Positions 11,623-25,410 of a stretch of DNA of 64,000 nt are shown one piece after another. A model generated the notes under the pieces. It did not search any database. It was given only the letters and a program-made list of their open reading frames with translations, and had not been told where the DNA came from. The position numbers were made by a program, and so were the translations under genes. The stretch comes from Octopus sinensis (taxonomy: Eukaryota). The first letter of the stretch is position 1, and each line of letters starts with the position of its first letter. The stretch lies in assembly GCF_006345805.1 (NCBI RefSeq), contig NC_042999.1, positions 159,774,001-159,838,000 on the forward strand. Reading direction: 5' to 3'.

Positions 11623-13656
11623 TCATCATCATCATCATCATCATCATTTAGCGTCCGTTCTCCATGCTAGCATGGGTTGGACGGTTCTACTGGGGTCTGT
11701 GAGCCAGAAGGCTTCATCAGCCCAGTCAAATCTGGCAGTGTTTCTACGGCTGGATGCCCCCTTCCCTAACGCCAACCACTCCGTGAGTGTAGTGGGTGCT
11801 TTTTACGTGCCACCCGCACTGGTGCCAGACAGAGCGGCAAACGGCCACGAACGGATGGTGCTTTATGTGCCACCGGCACGAGGGCCAGGCGAGGCTGGCA
11901 ACGGACACGAAACGGGGCGGTGCTGGCAACGGTCGCGAAACGGAAAGTTCTCTTACATGCCACCGGCACTGGTAACACATCTGCGCTTTCCATTGATCGA
12001 TTTCGATTCTGATCCTCACTTGCCTCAATGGGTTTCACAAGCAGAGTTCGACATGCCACCGGCACTGGTAGCACATCCGCAATTTCCATTTCTTCGATTT
12101 CGATTCTGATCCTCACTTGCCTCAACACGTCTTCACAGTAGAGTTTTGTGTCCCAAGAAGGGAAGGTATGCATACGTAGGCTGGCTCCATCCCATGTAGA
12201 AGGCCACGGTTGTGGACTCACTTGTCCTGCCGGGTTCTTCTCGCGCACAGCACACTTCCAGAGGTCTCGGTCTCTAGTCATTTCCCAGTGAGACCTAAAG
12301 TTCGAAGGTCGTGCTTCACCACCTCGTCCCAGGTTTTCCTGGGTCTGCCTCTTCCACAGGTTCCCTCAACCGCTAGGGTGTGGCCCTTTTTCACACAACT
12401 ATCTCATCCATTCTCATTCTCGCCACATGACCATACCAGCGCAAACGTCTCTCTTGCACACCACAACTGATGCTTCTGGTCCAGCTTTTCTCTCAAGGTA
12501 CTTACACTCTGCCGAGTGTGAGTACCCGCATTACACATCCATCGGAGCATACTGGCTTCATTTCTAGCGAGCTTACGCATATCCTCAGCAGTCACGGCCC
12601 ATGTTTCACTGCCATGTAGCATGGCTGTTCGTACACACGCATCATACAGTCTGCCCTTCACTCTGTGCGAGAGGCCTTTTGTCACCAGCAGAGGTAAGAG
12701 CTCTCTGAACTTTGCCCAAGCTATTCTTACTCTAGCAGTTACACTTTCAGCACAAACCCACCCCCGCTGCTGATTTGGTCACCTAGGTAACGGAAACTAT
12801 CAACTATTTCTAGTTTTTCTCCCTGGAAAGTGACGGAAGTTTGTCTCAGAGCATTTTCAGTGTTTATTGTTCCTGAGCATCTGCCACATACAAAAACCAT
12901 CTTCCTAGTTAGCCTTCCTTTGACATTGCTGCATCTCTTATGTGTCCATAGCTTACACTTGGTGCATCTATAGAGTTCTACCTACACCTTTTCTACAGAT
13001 CGAGCAGGGCCATCTACCTGAAGGTGTTTGTGATTTGTCTATTTCTTCCTTCCTACTGATTACGACTTGGTTTTAGCTAGATTGACTCTGAGGCCCTTCG
13101 ATTCTAATCCTTGTTTCCACACCTGAAACTTCTCCTCCAGTTCTGATAGCGACTCAGCAATTAGAGCAAGGTCATCAGCATAGAGGAGCTCCCAAGGGCA
13201 TCCTGTCTTGAATTATCCGTTAATTGCCTGGAGGACTATGATAAATAGGAGGGGGCTGAGTACTGAGCCTTGTGGACCCTACCTCTACCCGGAATTCTTC
13301 ACTGTACTCATTTCCAACCCTCACCCTACTAGCGGCGTCCCTATACATGGCCCGCACAGCTCTCACTAACCATTCATCTATCCCTAGTTTTCTCATTGCC
13401 CACCAGATAAGGGATCGGGGGACCCTGTCGAAGGCTTTCCATGTCAACAAAAAGCCAGGTACAGGGGCTTATCTTTGCTAGGTATTTCTCCTCCTTTCAG
13501 CTTGCCTCACCAGGAATATAGCATCATTAGTAGTACTTTTCCCTGGCACAAACCAAACTGCATCTCATCTAAACTAACTCTCTCTCTAATTAGTTGGGCT
13601 ATGACCCTCTCCGTAACCTTCATCACCTGGTCCAACAGCTTGATACCTCTGTAGTA
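11623..13656 (-). mobile_element. 5'-truncated RTE-clade LINE (decayed reverse transcriptase, 3' UTR, (TGA)n tail)
   Basis: Translated pieces YRGIKLLDQVMKV, KAFDRVPRSLIWW, QGSVLSP, LLYADDLA, KGRLYDACVRTAMLHGSETW; frameshifts and stops; (CAT)n at 11623-11646 is the tail. Confidence 0.9.
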
Positions 13657-13990
13657 TGTGTATCTAGGGGGCATCACCTTTACCTTTGTATCTTTATATA
13701 CATATATATGTACATGTACCTTTATATACATATATATATATAAATATATACCTTTCTATACATCTGTACATACATAAATATATACCTTTCTATACATCTA
13801 TATATACATAAATATATACTTTTATATACATCTACATATACATAAATATATCTTTATATATATATAAATTTTATATATATAAAGATATATATATACACAT
13901 ATATATACATCTCTATATACATATATATATTATGATATATATATATATATATATGTATACATACATATATATATATAAATACCTCCCTAT

Positions 13991-14026
<36 letters not shown>

Positions 14027-14051
14027 CTTTGTATACATATATATATATATA

Positions 14052-14216
14052 TATTTCTTTACTACCCACAAGGGGCTACACACAGAGGGGACAAATATGG
14101 ACAAACAAACGGATTACGTCGACCTCGGCGGAATTTGAACTCAGAATGTAATGGCAGGCGAAATACAGCTACGCATTTCACCCAGCGTGCTAACGTTTCT
14201 GCCAGCTCGCCGCCTT
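14052..14216 (-). mobile_element. SINE family B with internal deletion
   Basis: Head and tail match 3131-3361; central core missing. Confidence 0.8.
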
Positions 14217-14530
14217 TTATATTAATAATATGACAACAAAAGAATGAATGAGACCTCGATATTATGTAAAATAGAGGAATTTATCTATAAATATAATAAG
14301 TGGCAACTAGTTTCTGATACCGGAGATGAAGGCTGCTCTGGCATCTCATCAGTCATTAAGACAAAATGCTATGCAAAAGAAAATCTCTTAAATAAAGGGA
14401 AATTACTCCCAATAGGCATGGTGAAAGCAATACTTCATTCATAAAATCTGCATGCTCACACATATATACAAACACATATGTACGTGTGCATGCACACACA
14501 CACACACACACACACACGTATGCATGTATA

Positions 14531-14770
14531 ACCAAATTATCCAATTATATATGGTCCTTAAAAGAAAAAGGTGTAAACTTTAAGATCCACTGGAAGATCT
14601 TGGCCAAGTGCAAGCCTTACACCAATTGCTTTGGAATGTGCAGTCTTTGTGATATGGAAAGATGGCTTATATGGAAAAGTTCTTTAGACCCCACTACATG
14701 TGTAAATTCAAGAACTGAAATTTTTGCGCCATGTCCACTTATGGCAAAACATTTGCTATGCTTTTGGACC
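14531..14770 (+). pseudogene. Penelope-like element relic, C-terminal part of GIY-YIG endonuclease region
   Basis: [30 protein letters not shown]...CSLCDMER...[10 protein letters not shown] resembles the LS.YIW.LK...IKW.I...Y...C.LC..EK...N.R.E...C pattern of PLE endonucleases; same pattern at 38875-39298. Confidence 0.7.
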
Positions 14771-14869
14771 AACCACCCACGCAAGATCACAGAGAGAACC
14801 TGCTTTTTATGTTATATAATGTCCACATATAAGACTTTTACATGTCTGAACATCCTTTATACTTTTATA

Positions 14870-14882
14870 TATATTATATATA

Positions 14883-14925
<43 letters not shown>

Positions 14926-15110
14926 CACACATACATATATATACACATATATATACACACACACATATATATATACACATATATATGTGTATATATATAT
15001 ATATACACATACATACATATATACACATATATGTGTACATATATATATACACACATACATATATATATACATACATATATACATACATATACATACATAT
15101 ATACATACAT

Positions 15111-15141
<31 letters not shown>

Positions 15142-15420
15142 CATACATATATACATACATACATAGATATATACATACATATACATACATACATAGATAC
15201 ATATATATATATACACATATATACACATATATATATACATATACATATATATATATTTATGTACATATGCATACATGTACATACATATACATACATACAG
15301 ATACATACATATACATATAGATACATATATATACATTATACATACAAATATATATATACACATACACACACACATACATACCCACATGCACACACACACA
15401 AACACACACACATATATACA
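14870..15420. repeat. Compound (TA)n/(TACA)n microsatellite
   Basis: Direct reading. Confidence 0.95.
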
Positions 15421-15431
15421 GACATAAATAT

Positions 15432-15726
15432 CCTTCTGCCTCTACCTGCTCCAGAGCGTCGGCTGTGGGGTCAATCCGAAAAGCTCTATCTGCGATGATT
15501 TCATCTCAATCAAAGGAGAGGGGCTTTCTCCATCCGGGTTGTGGATCCGTGGAATAAGCTGCCGGACGAGATAGTGAAAATGCTGACGACTGCTGGGTTC
15601 AAAGTCTCTCTTGACCAGAAATGGCCTGAACTCTTTGCATGAACACCCTCCTGTACATAACTCCATGTCCCCCTACATGGCCTTGCTTTTGCTTTTTGAG
15701 CCAAAAAATTAACTTAACTTAACTCT
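15432..15726 (+). mobile_element. CR1/L2-type LINE 3' end
   Basis: Translates GAFSIRVVDPWNKLPDEIVKMLTTAGFKVSLD (F..RVV..WN.LP..V.....FK..LD signature) then short UTR and (TTAAC)n tail. Confidence 0.75.
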
Positions 15727-16249
15727 CCACATGGCCAGTGTTTGACCAAGCCTGACCTGTCTTTCTTGGTTCAACTACAGGCCATGCAACATCTATATTC
15801 CTCCCCATGCCTGCCATAACGCTTCACTTCCACACATGCCAGCTTAATTTAACTTATCTTTAGTCAAAACACACTTCTTAATGTCCTGTTATTTTCATTT
15901 GTATTTGTGTTCCATTTCTCTAATTTTTTTGCATCCTTCTTTTTTTATACACACGCTGCTTTCTTCCAAGGAATCTAATGCTCTTCGCTTAGTTTTTCCT
16001 TCGGCTGGCCAGATTGGAGCAATCTCAAGTATAACCAGCCAAAATTGCAAAGATAATCTGGAACTCATCTGAGGAAAGAAAACTCCAAATGACCCATCCT
16101 TGTTTTTTCTAGTCCCTTTTTGTATCATATGTCTGGATGCTTTTTTGACCCCTTTTTTGTATCATCTATCTGGATGTTTTGCATTATTCTCCCATATATA
16201 CATATATATATTATATAAATATATTATATATATAAATGCAATGTGTGTA

Positions 16250-16535
16250 TGAACAATAGAGGACAAATGTTCTGATGGAAAAACTGGGCATAAAGAGGAG
16301 TTACATGTTGTGTGGAAGTAGGAAGACTGTACTGATATGGATGCGATACATAAAGATGAGGATAGCTGTACATGGAAGTGCTTGGTCATTAAATGTGAAT
16401 GGAGTTGGAAGAAGGGATTGACTCAAGATGACACAGGACAAAATGATGATGGCTGATCTCAGGACCTGAAATGTCACAGAAGAGATGATAAGGAATCGAG
16501 ATAACTGGCAACTTGCAGTTCTTGAGAAAGTGTGT
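16250..16535 (+). mobile_element. Old RTE LINE relic (ORF C-terminus)
   Basis: Translates ...DLRT*NVTEEMIRNRDNWQLAVLEK, similar to the C-terminus of the 11623-13656 copy. Confidence 0.55.
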
Positions 16536-17048
16536 AAAATTATATTTTGGAAGCAGTATGTGTGTGTGTGTGTACACACAACAGAACCCTTTACTGCATT
16601 TCCTCTTCAAGACACCCTCACCAACCATCATATTTTTAACTGCAGAACCATTTCACTTGGTATCCATCCCTTCATCATTCTACAGTTCTTTCCACCTATA
16701 TTTTACACTGATCACCCCACCTGAGCGACTAAAGTATTTCTTTCTCTTCACCACCATACCTGCCACACTGTCCAAGTACTATATCTGTCTCTTCCTCCCA
16801 TCCCTAACCCACATTCTGGCAACCAACCAAATAACATGTCTCCTCTCCTATCCTTCTCCTGTCTACTGTATCACCACGGCAATTCTGCTGTTCTCATTTA
16901 TACCTCATTGGTCATCCACCCCTTATTTACCATTGACTACATCCATCCCTTAACACTTGTCCTTCAATTAACATTCTTAATCACAGCTATGCCTAAGTAT
17001 ACACACAATGCTTGTGCAGATACACGCACACACACACACATATATATA

Positions 17049-17261
17049 TATTTCTTTACTACCCACAAGGGGCTAAACAGAGGGGACAAACGAGGGACTA
17101 AGTCGATTACATCGATCCCAGTGCGAAACTGGTACTTTATTTATCGACCCCGAAAGGATGAAAGACAAAGTCGACCTCGGCGAAATTTGAACTCAGAAGG
17201 TAACGACAGACGAAATACCGCTAAGCATTTCGCCCGGCGCGCTAACGTTTCTGCCAGCTCG
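17049..17261 (-). mobile_element. SINE family B, head clipped by adjacent palindrome
   Basis: Matches 3131-3361 up to GCCAGCTCG. Confidence 0.85.
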
Positions 17262-17390
17262 AATACAATGTGTCTAAGCAAAGGCAGTTTTCCCCCCATA
17301 CATTAGAGTGTATAATATATATATATATATATATTATACACTCTAATGTATTGGGGGGGAACTGCCTTTTGCTTAGACACATTGTATTCG
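17260..17390. repeat. Near-perfect palindrome centred on (TA)n
   Basis: CGAATACAATGTGTCTAAGC...GTGTATAAT(AT)n ATTATACAC...GCTTAGACACATTGTATTCG. Confidence 0.9.
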
Positions 17391-17869
17391 AAACATCTCT
17401 ATGCATAGTGTGTGGAATTAAATGCTACAGAACAGATGGACACATTTAGAATCTCTTAAAAACAAGACAAAGAGACAATGTATTATGACAAACCACAAAC
17501 TAACAGTGACAATATACTACAAATACACTAAAATAAAGACACCTTGCCAACAACAAACTACAAATGTGTAAACTTATGAGCAAGTTACAAATGACCAGTG
17601 AGATTTGTAAATTATATTGTAAAAAAATAAAAGTTATAAACTACAGGACTTCTACAGTTACAATGCTCATATGTACAATACTGTCCCATAGGCTTCCTAT
17701 GCATTTACAACAATAAGCAATTGCAGTAATTCATGCTGTACAACACAAAACAAAACTAGGTAGGAAAACTGGACAACATATATGGAAATCCCCACTAACA
17801 TAGACTATTAGACTTGGATGCAATTAACTATGAGAGCAAAAACAATGATAAAATATACCTACAGAAAAA

Positions 17870-18272
17870 GGATCTTTTCGGTTTGAACAGCAGTTTTTAA
17901 CATAATTTCTAGGTAACTAAAAAATTTTAAACTTTGTATACTGGTAGAATGTGTTTATAAAACATCTTTTTCCCTTGACTTTATTGAGAAAATTCTATAG
18001 TTTGTAAGATATTTGTTGTTTTTTTCTTCAATTTCAACCAATCACTGACGTATTTGAGGTAAAAAAAAACATTCTGTGCCGTATGAATATGTCCCTCGTT
18101 TAAGAAACAGATTGGGTTTATTTACATTTGTGAAGAAAAAAAGATACCCTTCCCCCCACCCCTAACCCTAAAACAGATTGAAATGCAATAGATCGATACT
18201 AGGGTCATAATTATGGGTGACAATTTCATATGACACTGCTAGAAAAAACTACCGTTCAAACCAAATATATCC
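17870..18272. mobile_element. MITE with about 29-bp imperfect TIRs
   Basis: GGATCTTTTCGGTTTGAACAGCAGTTTTT ... AAAAACTACCGTTCAAACCAAATATATCC. Confidence 0.7.
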
Positions 18273-19172
18273 CAGAAAAAAATAGATGTAATATACAAAA
18301 TAAACATGTAGCTAAGGATAAAATTTCAGATAGCAGCAATAACATCTCAAATTTGGCTGAGAAAACCTAGAGAAAGCACATTTACATAGTATGGGGTAAG
18401 CAGTTACACATAGCCCCAATACTTCACATCCTGATAATGATACAGGGGAAGTCTGGAAAGGCTGTTCATTAATTTAGAATTTTTATTGCAGTAAACAGTC
18501 AGCAAAAAAGACAAACTAAACAATGAAAAACTCTAATACAAACAGTAAAAACTAGAAAAACAATTATAATTTAAATAAATCACACACCCAAATATCTATC
18601 CATTCATAGAAATAGATATGTGTATGCACATATCTACACATATGTATACACATACACATGTAGATAGATAGTTATGACACATATACACACACAGATGTGT
18701 GTGTGTATACATACACTACACACATATACATAATACACACGCCATATATATTTCCTGTCCATAAAGTGACAAAGTGGACAAGGGCTGACAAGTCAGAGGA
18801 CAATATCATGTGACAATATCTGCTTTGGCATGGTTTCTACAGTCGGCACCAATCGTTTTACTGTGAGTACTTGATGAGAGCCCTTACAGAACTAGCAGCA
18901 GTGATGATCACCTCATAACTTGCAAGACTAAAACCCTAAAATGGACCCTATAACCTAAGGAGAACAAAAAAGACAGCAGGAGATTATCTAAAGTGAAGAG
19001 ACAGGGAATGGTAATTAGAAAGTGAGGGAGTATGGCAGGGAATAAGGGATTAGTAACAGGGTTGAGAAAAAGGGAGGAGTAGATTTGATAAGATGATAGA
19101 ACAGGTTACTTAAAGGGAGGTCTAGAGCTGTCCAATATTATAAGGGGTGAGTAATGATAGAAGTTGTGATGG

Positions 19173-19402
19173 GCAGCGAGCTGGCAGAAACGTTAGCATG
19201 CCAGGTGAAATCCTTAGCGGTATTTCATCTGCCGCTACGTTCTTAGTTCAAATTCTGCCAAGGTCAACTTTGCTTTGCTTCCTTTTGGGGTCGATTAAAT
19301 AAGTACCAGTTATGCACTGGGGTCAATATAATCGACTTAATCTGTTTGTCTGTTCTTGTTTGTCCCCTCTGTGTTTAGCCCCTTGTGGGAAGTAAAGAAA
19401 TA
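19173..19402 (+). mobile_element. SINE family B with 14-bp target-site duplication
   Basis: GAAGTTGTGATGGG at 19160-19173 and 19404-19417. Confidence 0.9.
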
Positions 19403-19718
19403 GGAAGTTGTGATGGGAAGGAACAATAGACTAGGGTGGAGATATATCCTAAGAGAGTCCTTAAAGGAAAGAGAAGTATGGGGTCAGTGGGGGAAAAAAA
19501 TGAGAAGTGGTGTTGAGTTAAGGGGGAAAAAAAGAGGGTGAGAGATAAGAAGTAGACAAAAAAGAGGTAGTTTAGAGGTAGCAAGAAGAGGATGAGCAGA
19601 ATGTGAATACCACAAAAGCAATGCAGACAGGAAGGCAGTAAAAAAGATGTAGAGAGAATGAAATAGGAGAAAATAGTGAGTAGGGAAAGAAAGGCTAAAA
19701 GTTATCCTAGATAATTAT

Positions 19719-20183
19719 AGGCGCAGGAGTGGCTGTGTGGTAAGTAGCTTGTTTACCAACCACATGGTTCCAGGTTCAGTCCCACTAGGAGTGACTGTGT
19801 GGTAAGTAGCTTGTTTACCAACCACATGCTTCCAGGTACAGTCCCACTGCGTGGCACCTTGGGCAAGTGTCTTCTACTATAGCCTCGGGCCGACCAATGC
19901 CTTGTGAGTGGATTTGGTTGACGGAAACTGAAAGAAGCCCATCGTATATATGTATATATATGTGTGTGTGTGTATGTTTGTGTGTCTGTGTTTGTCCCCC
20001 TAGCATTGCTTGACAACCGATGCTGGTGTGTTTATGTCTCCGTTACTTAGCGGTTCGGCAATAGAGACTGATAGAATAAGTACTGGGCTTACAAAAAGAA
20101 TAAGTCCCGGGGTCGAGCTCCTAAATTAAAGGCGGTGCTCCAGCATGGCCGCAGTCAAATGACTGAAACAAGTAAAAGAGAGT
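19719..20183 (+). mobile_element. SINE family A with tandemly duplicated head
   Basis: 62-bp unit repeated at 19725 and 19787. Confidence 0.9.
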
Positions 20184-20394
20184 ATATGTAAAGACAGAGA
20201 GTGGGACGAAGGTAAGAAGGGTGTTGGATGGCAATAGAGGTAACTCAAGAGAAGAGACAGTGTACTGTGAGTGAGGGGCTGTCAGACGACATTGGTGGAG
20301 AGCAATACTCATATATAATACATGCACATATACATATATTCATACATACACACACAGATATGTTACAGCCCATAATCACTCCCCTTACTTTAGG

Positions 20395-21000
20395 ATGCAT
20401 TTTGCCATGATTAGACGGGTATTCTATGGCACAGTTTGTTGCCATTTCTTACAAGAGATGCAACATCTTCAGATTGGTCTTTACCTCTGTCCCAAGTTTT
20501 CTTTGATTTCCATCTTCCACGAGTTCCACAACTCCAAGCGCTAAACACTTCTGCACACAGCAGTCATCCTTCATATGCATCACATGCCCATACCAGCGCA
20601 GCCACTTATCTTGTTTATTACACCTGGCCCCTCTTATACCCTGCTTTTATCTTAGTTCATCTGTTCTTTGGTACTCATATACATTAACATCAAACATCAC
20701 CAAAGCATGTTAGCTTCATTTCTTTGCAGTCTTTGCAAACTTTCTGCAGTCAAGACTTGTATCACTACAATGAAGCATCACAGTTTTGACACAAAAATCA
20801 TACAATCTGCCCTTTACTATGAGGAAAAAAGATTTTGTTGCCAACAGTAAATACAATTTCTTGAACTTTTCCATTCTATCTTTACACTGGTTACTATACT
20901 CCCTTATGTCTCCAAGGTAACAGCAGCTATCAACAACAACTTGTGAGCTATCTGAGCATTTAAGACAATCTATTTCCAGTATGCTCAATGTACACATTGA
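20395..21000 (-). mobile_element. Old RTE LINE relic
   Basis: Translates KGRLYDFCVKTVMLHCSDT, homologous to the 12404-12685 ORF. Confidence 0.7.
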
Positions 21001-21161
21001 CCCAAGGTACCATGCAGTAGGACCGAGCCAACATCTACATGATCAGAAAGTGAGCTCCTTTTTTATACACACATACAGAGATAAAGGAACATTTTCAGAA
21101 CACTCCCTTGGGGTTTATTCCCCAGTCTTATCATTATTACTGACAATCAGCATCACTATAT

Positions 21162-21371
21162 ACTCTTTTACTCTTTTACTTGTTTCAGTCATTTGACTGC
21201 GGCCATGCTGGAGCACCGCCTTTAGTCGAGCAAATCGACCCCGGGACTTATTCTTTGTAAGCCCAGTACTTATTCTATCGGTCTCTTTTGCCGAACTGCT
21301 AAGTGACGGGGACGTAAACACACCAGCATCAGTTGTCAAGCAATGCTAGAGGGACAAACACAGACACACAA

Positions 21372-21409
<38 letters not shown>

Positions 21410-21567
21410 GACAGGCTTCTTTCAGTTTCCGTCTACCAAACCCACTCACAAGGCATTGGTCGGCCTGGGGCTATAGCAGAAGACACTTGCCCAACATGCC
21501 ACGCAGTGGGACTGAACCCGGAACCATGTGGTTGGTAAACAAGCTACTTACCACACAGCCACTCCTG
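21162..21567 (-). mobile_element. SINE family A
   Basis: As 1757-2203. Confidence 0.9.
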
Positions 21568-21878
21568 AGCATTTTAAAATTTAGTTGAAGTGGATATGCT
21601 TCTCTTATCAGATATAACAATGACAGTTACCTTCACTCAGTGATTTTAAAAATGAGGCCCATCTCTATATACATTCTCTTTATTTTATTTTTATTTTCTA
21701 TGTGAGTATATCACCTGATTTCTATGATATTTTCAGATTTCACCATCTGCAATGGAATCCTCTGCAAGGATATTTTCAGTTAATTAAGGTGTTCAACTCA
21801 CTGTACTACATTTGTGAGACACAACTGTTTATGCATATATGCACATACACACTCCCTTTCATAAACACACATACACAC

Positions 21879-22152
21879 GGCGAGCTGGCAGAAACGGTAG
21901 CACGCTGGGCGAAATGCGTAGCCGTATTTCGTCTGCCATTACGTTCTGAGTTCAAATTCCGCCGAGGTTGACTTTGCCTTTCATCCTTTTGGGGTCGATA
22001 AATTAAGTACCAGTTACGCACTGGGGTCGATGGAATCGACTTAATCGCTTTGTCTGTCCTTGTTTGTTCCCTCTATGTTTAGCCCCTTGTGGGTAGTAAA
22101 GAAACATATCTTGTTTGTCCCCTCTGTGTTTAGCCCCTTGTGGGTAGTAAAG

Positions 22153-22154
<2 letters not shown>
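21879..22154 (+). mobile_element. SINE family B with duplicated 3' end
   Basis: TGTTTGT..CCCTCT.TGTTTAGCCCCTTGTGGGTAGTAAAGA present twice. Confidence 0.85.
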
Positions 22155-22185
<31 letters not shown>

Positions 22186-22949
22186 CACTAGCTGAAGCTT
22201 CTTATCAGATGTAATTACACTTTTTTTCTTTTAAATTCACAAAAAAAAAAAATACAATAAAGACCACTCACTACATCTATTCATCTACCTGTGGCGATGT
22301 AGCATTCATTACATGTTAGCGTGTATGTGCATATATGCGTGTGTGTGTGTGTGCATGTGCTTCTATATGTGTGTGTCCGTGTGTGTGTATATATAGTGAA
22401 CATTTTAAAGAAATCATGCTGGAAATACAACAGTAATAAGAAAAATGAAATAAGCTTTTTAACCTACTGGGTTTCCACTGCATAGCTGGTAGGAATGTAT
22501 TTAGACCATTAATTAATATAATTAAGTGTGCAAATTGGTGCACTTCAATATTAATTGAATAAAAATATTAAAATTGGTAACATTTTTTATAAAGGTAATG
22601 AAACGGCTATCATTTCATTAATACCTGAAGAGCTTCTATGCGTCCCTAAGATTTAAATTTCTGTATTTGTGAAGTAGACATAGATCTTTGAAGATTTGAA
22701 AATTATTTAATGTAACATCTGTTTAGACCCAAATAATCAGAAAACACTCTCGGTATATTTGCAATTAGCTTAAGAACTGACATTTCAATATTGAGACACT
22801 TCTTGTGGATGGAATTGCTACACTTGTTTTCATTATTGAAGCTGGAATTGTGTGAAAGCTGCCTCAGAAACAATTGAATAAGTGATGAATTTTACTTACA
22901 CGTAGTTGAAATGAATTTAGATAGATTATAAATTGTGTATATGTGCTTA

Positions 22950-22970
22950 CACACACACACACACACACAC

Positions 22971-23041
<71 letters not shown>

Positions 23042-23190
23042 GTACATATATATATATATATGTATGTACAATATATATATATGTATATATATGTATGTAC
23101 ATATATATATATATGTATATATATGTATGTACATATATATATGTACATATATATATATGTATATATATGTATGTACATATATATATGTAC

Positions 23191-23223
<33 letters not shown>

Positions 23224-23236
23224 TATATGTATGTAC

Positions 23237-23294
<58 letters not shown>

Positions 23295-23296
23295 TA
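22950..23296. repeat. (CA)n/(TA)n compound microsatellite
   Basis: Direct reading. Confidence 0.95.
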
Positions 23297-23498
23297 TCAT
23301 CATCATCATCATCATCGTTTAACGTCCGTTTTCCGTGCTAGCACGGTTGGACGGTTTCGACCGGGGTCTGGGGAGCTCGGGACTGCCCCAGGCTCCAGTC
23401 TAGTCTGGCAGTGTTTCTACAGCTGGATGCCCTTCCTAATGCCAACCACTCCGCGAGTGTAGTGGGTGTTTTTTACGTGCCACCTGCACAGGTGCCAG
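23297..23498 (-). mobile_element. RTE LINE 3' end fragment
   Basis: (CAT)n tail followed by sequence homologous to 11650-11830. Confidence 0.8.
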
Positions 23499-23556
23499 AG
23501 GGGTATATATATATATATGTATGTATGTATATATATATATATATATATATGTATGT

Positions 23557-23596
<40 letters not shown>

Positions 23597-24075
23597 ACAC
23601 ACAAACACACACACAAATACACATGTGTTTATTAATTGCTTGAAGTGACACTATATTCTGTTTTGCAACCATTATATACTACCGAGTATATAAAAAGGTT
23701 TATAAGAAAATATTGTGTCCTACATTTTGTGTTAGCAGTGTGATACAATCACTTGTAAGTTTATCTCAACGAGTTTTCTATTGAATTTAGAGGCAGCACT
23801 GAAAGTTCTGATGTCTTGTATCTGAAGACTTCTATGTAAACAATGTGATCAAAGATGAAACAAATCGGTAAGGAGGGGGGTGGCATATTTCAGGTGTTCT
23901 TACCGCTTCTTTAGCACTACATCCAACCAATTAACTATTCCTGAACCCATGAATACCTTGCTTAAATACCCACTAAGTTTTGTGGTGCAACACTATTGGA
24001 TAAAACAATTTACATATCAAACACATTCCTGATAATATGTACATACCAGTTGCCAGGAATGTGTTTAGTACATAT

Positions 24076-24495
24076 AGGCGCAGGAGTGGCTGTGTGGTAA
24101 GTAGCTTGCTAACCAACCACGTGGTTCCGGGTTCAGTCCCACTGCATGGCACCTTGGGCAAGTGTCTTCTGCTATAGCCCCAGGCCGACCAATGCCTTGT
24201 GAGTGGATTTGGTAGACGGAAACTGAAAGAAGCCTGTCGTATATATATATATATGTATATATATGTGTGTGTTTGTGTGTGTGTGTTTGTCCCCCTAGTA
24301 TTGCTTGACAACCGATGCTGGTGTGTTTACGTCCCCGTCACTTAGCGGTTCGGCAAAGAGACCAATAGAATAAGTACTGGGCTTACAAAGAATAAGTCCC
24401 GGGGTCGATTTGCTCGACTAAAGGCGGTGCTCCAGCATGGCCACAGTCAAAATGACTGAAACAAGTAAAAGAGTAAAAGAGAGAGTAAAGAGTAA
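24076..24495 (+). mobile_element. SINE family A
   Basis: As 1757-2203. Confidence 0.9.
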
Positions 24496-24661
24496 ATCCA
24501 ATAGTGTTATACTGCTAAACTTGGTGGGTGTTAAGCAATGTGTTCATGGATAGATAAGGGGTCGAATGTGGTGCTGAAGGAGCAAGAACTCCTGAAACAT
24601 GCACTCATATCCCTCCCTTATCTATTTTTTAAATCTTTGATCGCATTGTTTACATAGATGT

Positions 24662-25070
24662 AGGCGGAGGAGTGGCTATGTGGTAAGTAGCTTGTTTACC
24701 AACCACATGGTTCCAGGTTCAGTCCTACTGCGTGGCACCTTGGGCAAGTGTCTTTTGCAATAGCCTTGGGCCGACCAAAGCGTTGTGAGTGGATTTGGTA
24801 GACGGAAACTGAAAGAAGCCCGTCGTGTACATATATATATATGTATATATATATATATATGTGTGTGCGTGTATGTTTGTCCCCCTAGCATTGCTTGACA
24901 GCCGATTATGGTGTGTTTATGTCTCCATCACTTAGCGGTTCAGCAAAAGAGACCGATAGAATAAGTACTGGGCTTACAAAGAATAAGGTCCCGGGGTCGA
25001 GTTGCTCAACTAAAGGCGGTGCTCCAGCATGGCCGCAGTCAAAATGACTGAAACAAGTAAAAGAGAGAGA
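24662..25070 (+). mobile_element. SINE family A
   Basis: As 1757-2203. Confidence 0.9.
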
Positions 25071-25219
25071 TGTATTCAGATACAAAACATCAGAACTTTC
25101 AGTGCTGGCTTTAGATTCTATACAAAATCCGTAGAGATAAACTTAAAAGTGATATGTATTTATATATATATATATAATGTATACATGTATTTATATACAC
25201 ATATGTGCATATAATGGAC

Positions 25220-25410
25220 TCTCGCATTGAAGACAATGTATGAGTGTTCAGCAAGAAGACACTTCAAAAGACTTCCATGGGGGGCTTTCTGAAGTGGCTT
25301 GAGCACTATAAGTGTATTGAAGTGAGAGGATCCTACTTGGAAGAAGATAAGAGTTTTGTATATCTTTGAAATTAGTGTTTCTGCAAAAATTTCTGGAATA
25401 CACGTTGTAT
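25220..25410 (+). mobile_element. Mariner-type transposase 3' fragment
   Basis: Translates ..FLKWLEHYKCIEVRGSYLE, similar to the mariner C-terminal KW..RW.KC....G.Y.E pattern. Confidence 0.45.

Noticed and set aside
17365-17400. GACACATTGTATTCGAAACATC, hammerhead-like 3' half
   Set aside because: No CUGANGA-type core upstream
18215-18230. CCCTAACCCTAA telomere-like motif
   Set aside because: Two units inside a MITE; not an interstitial telomeric array
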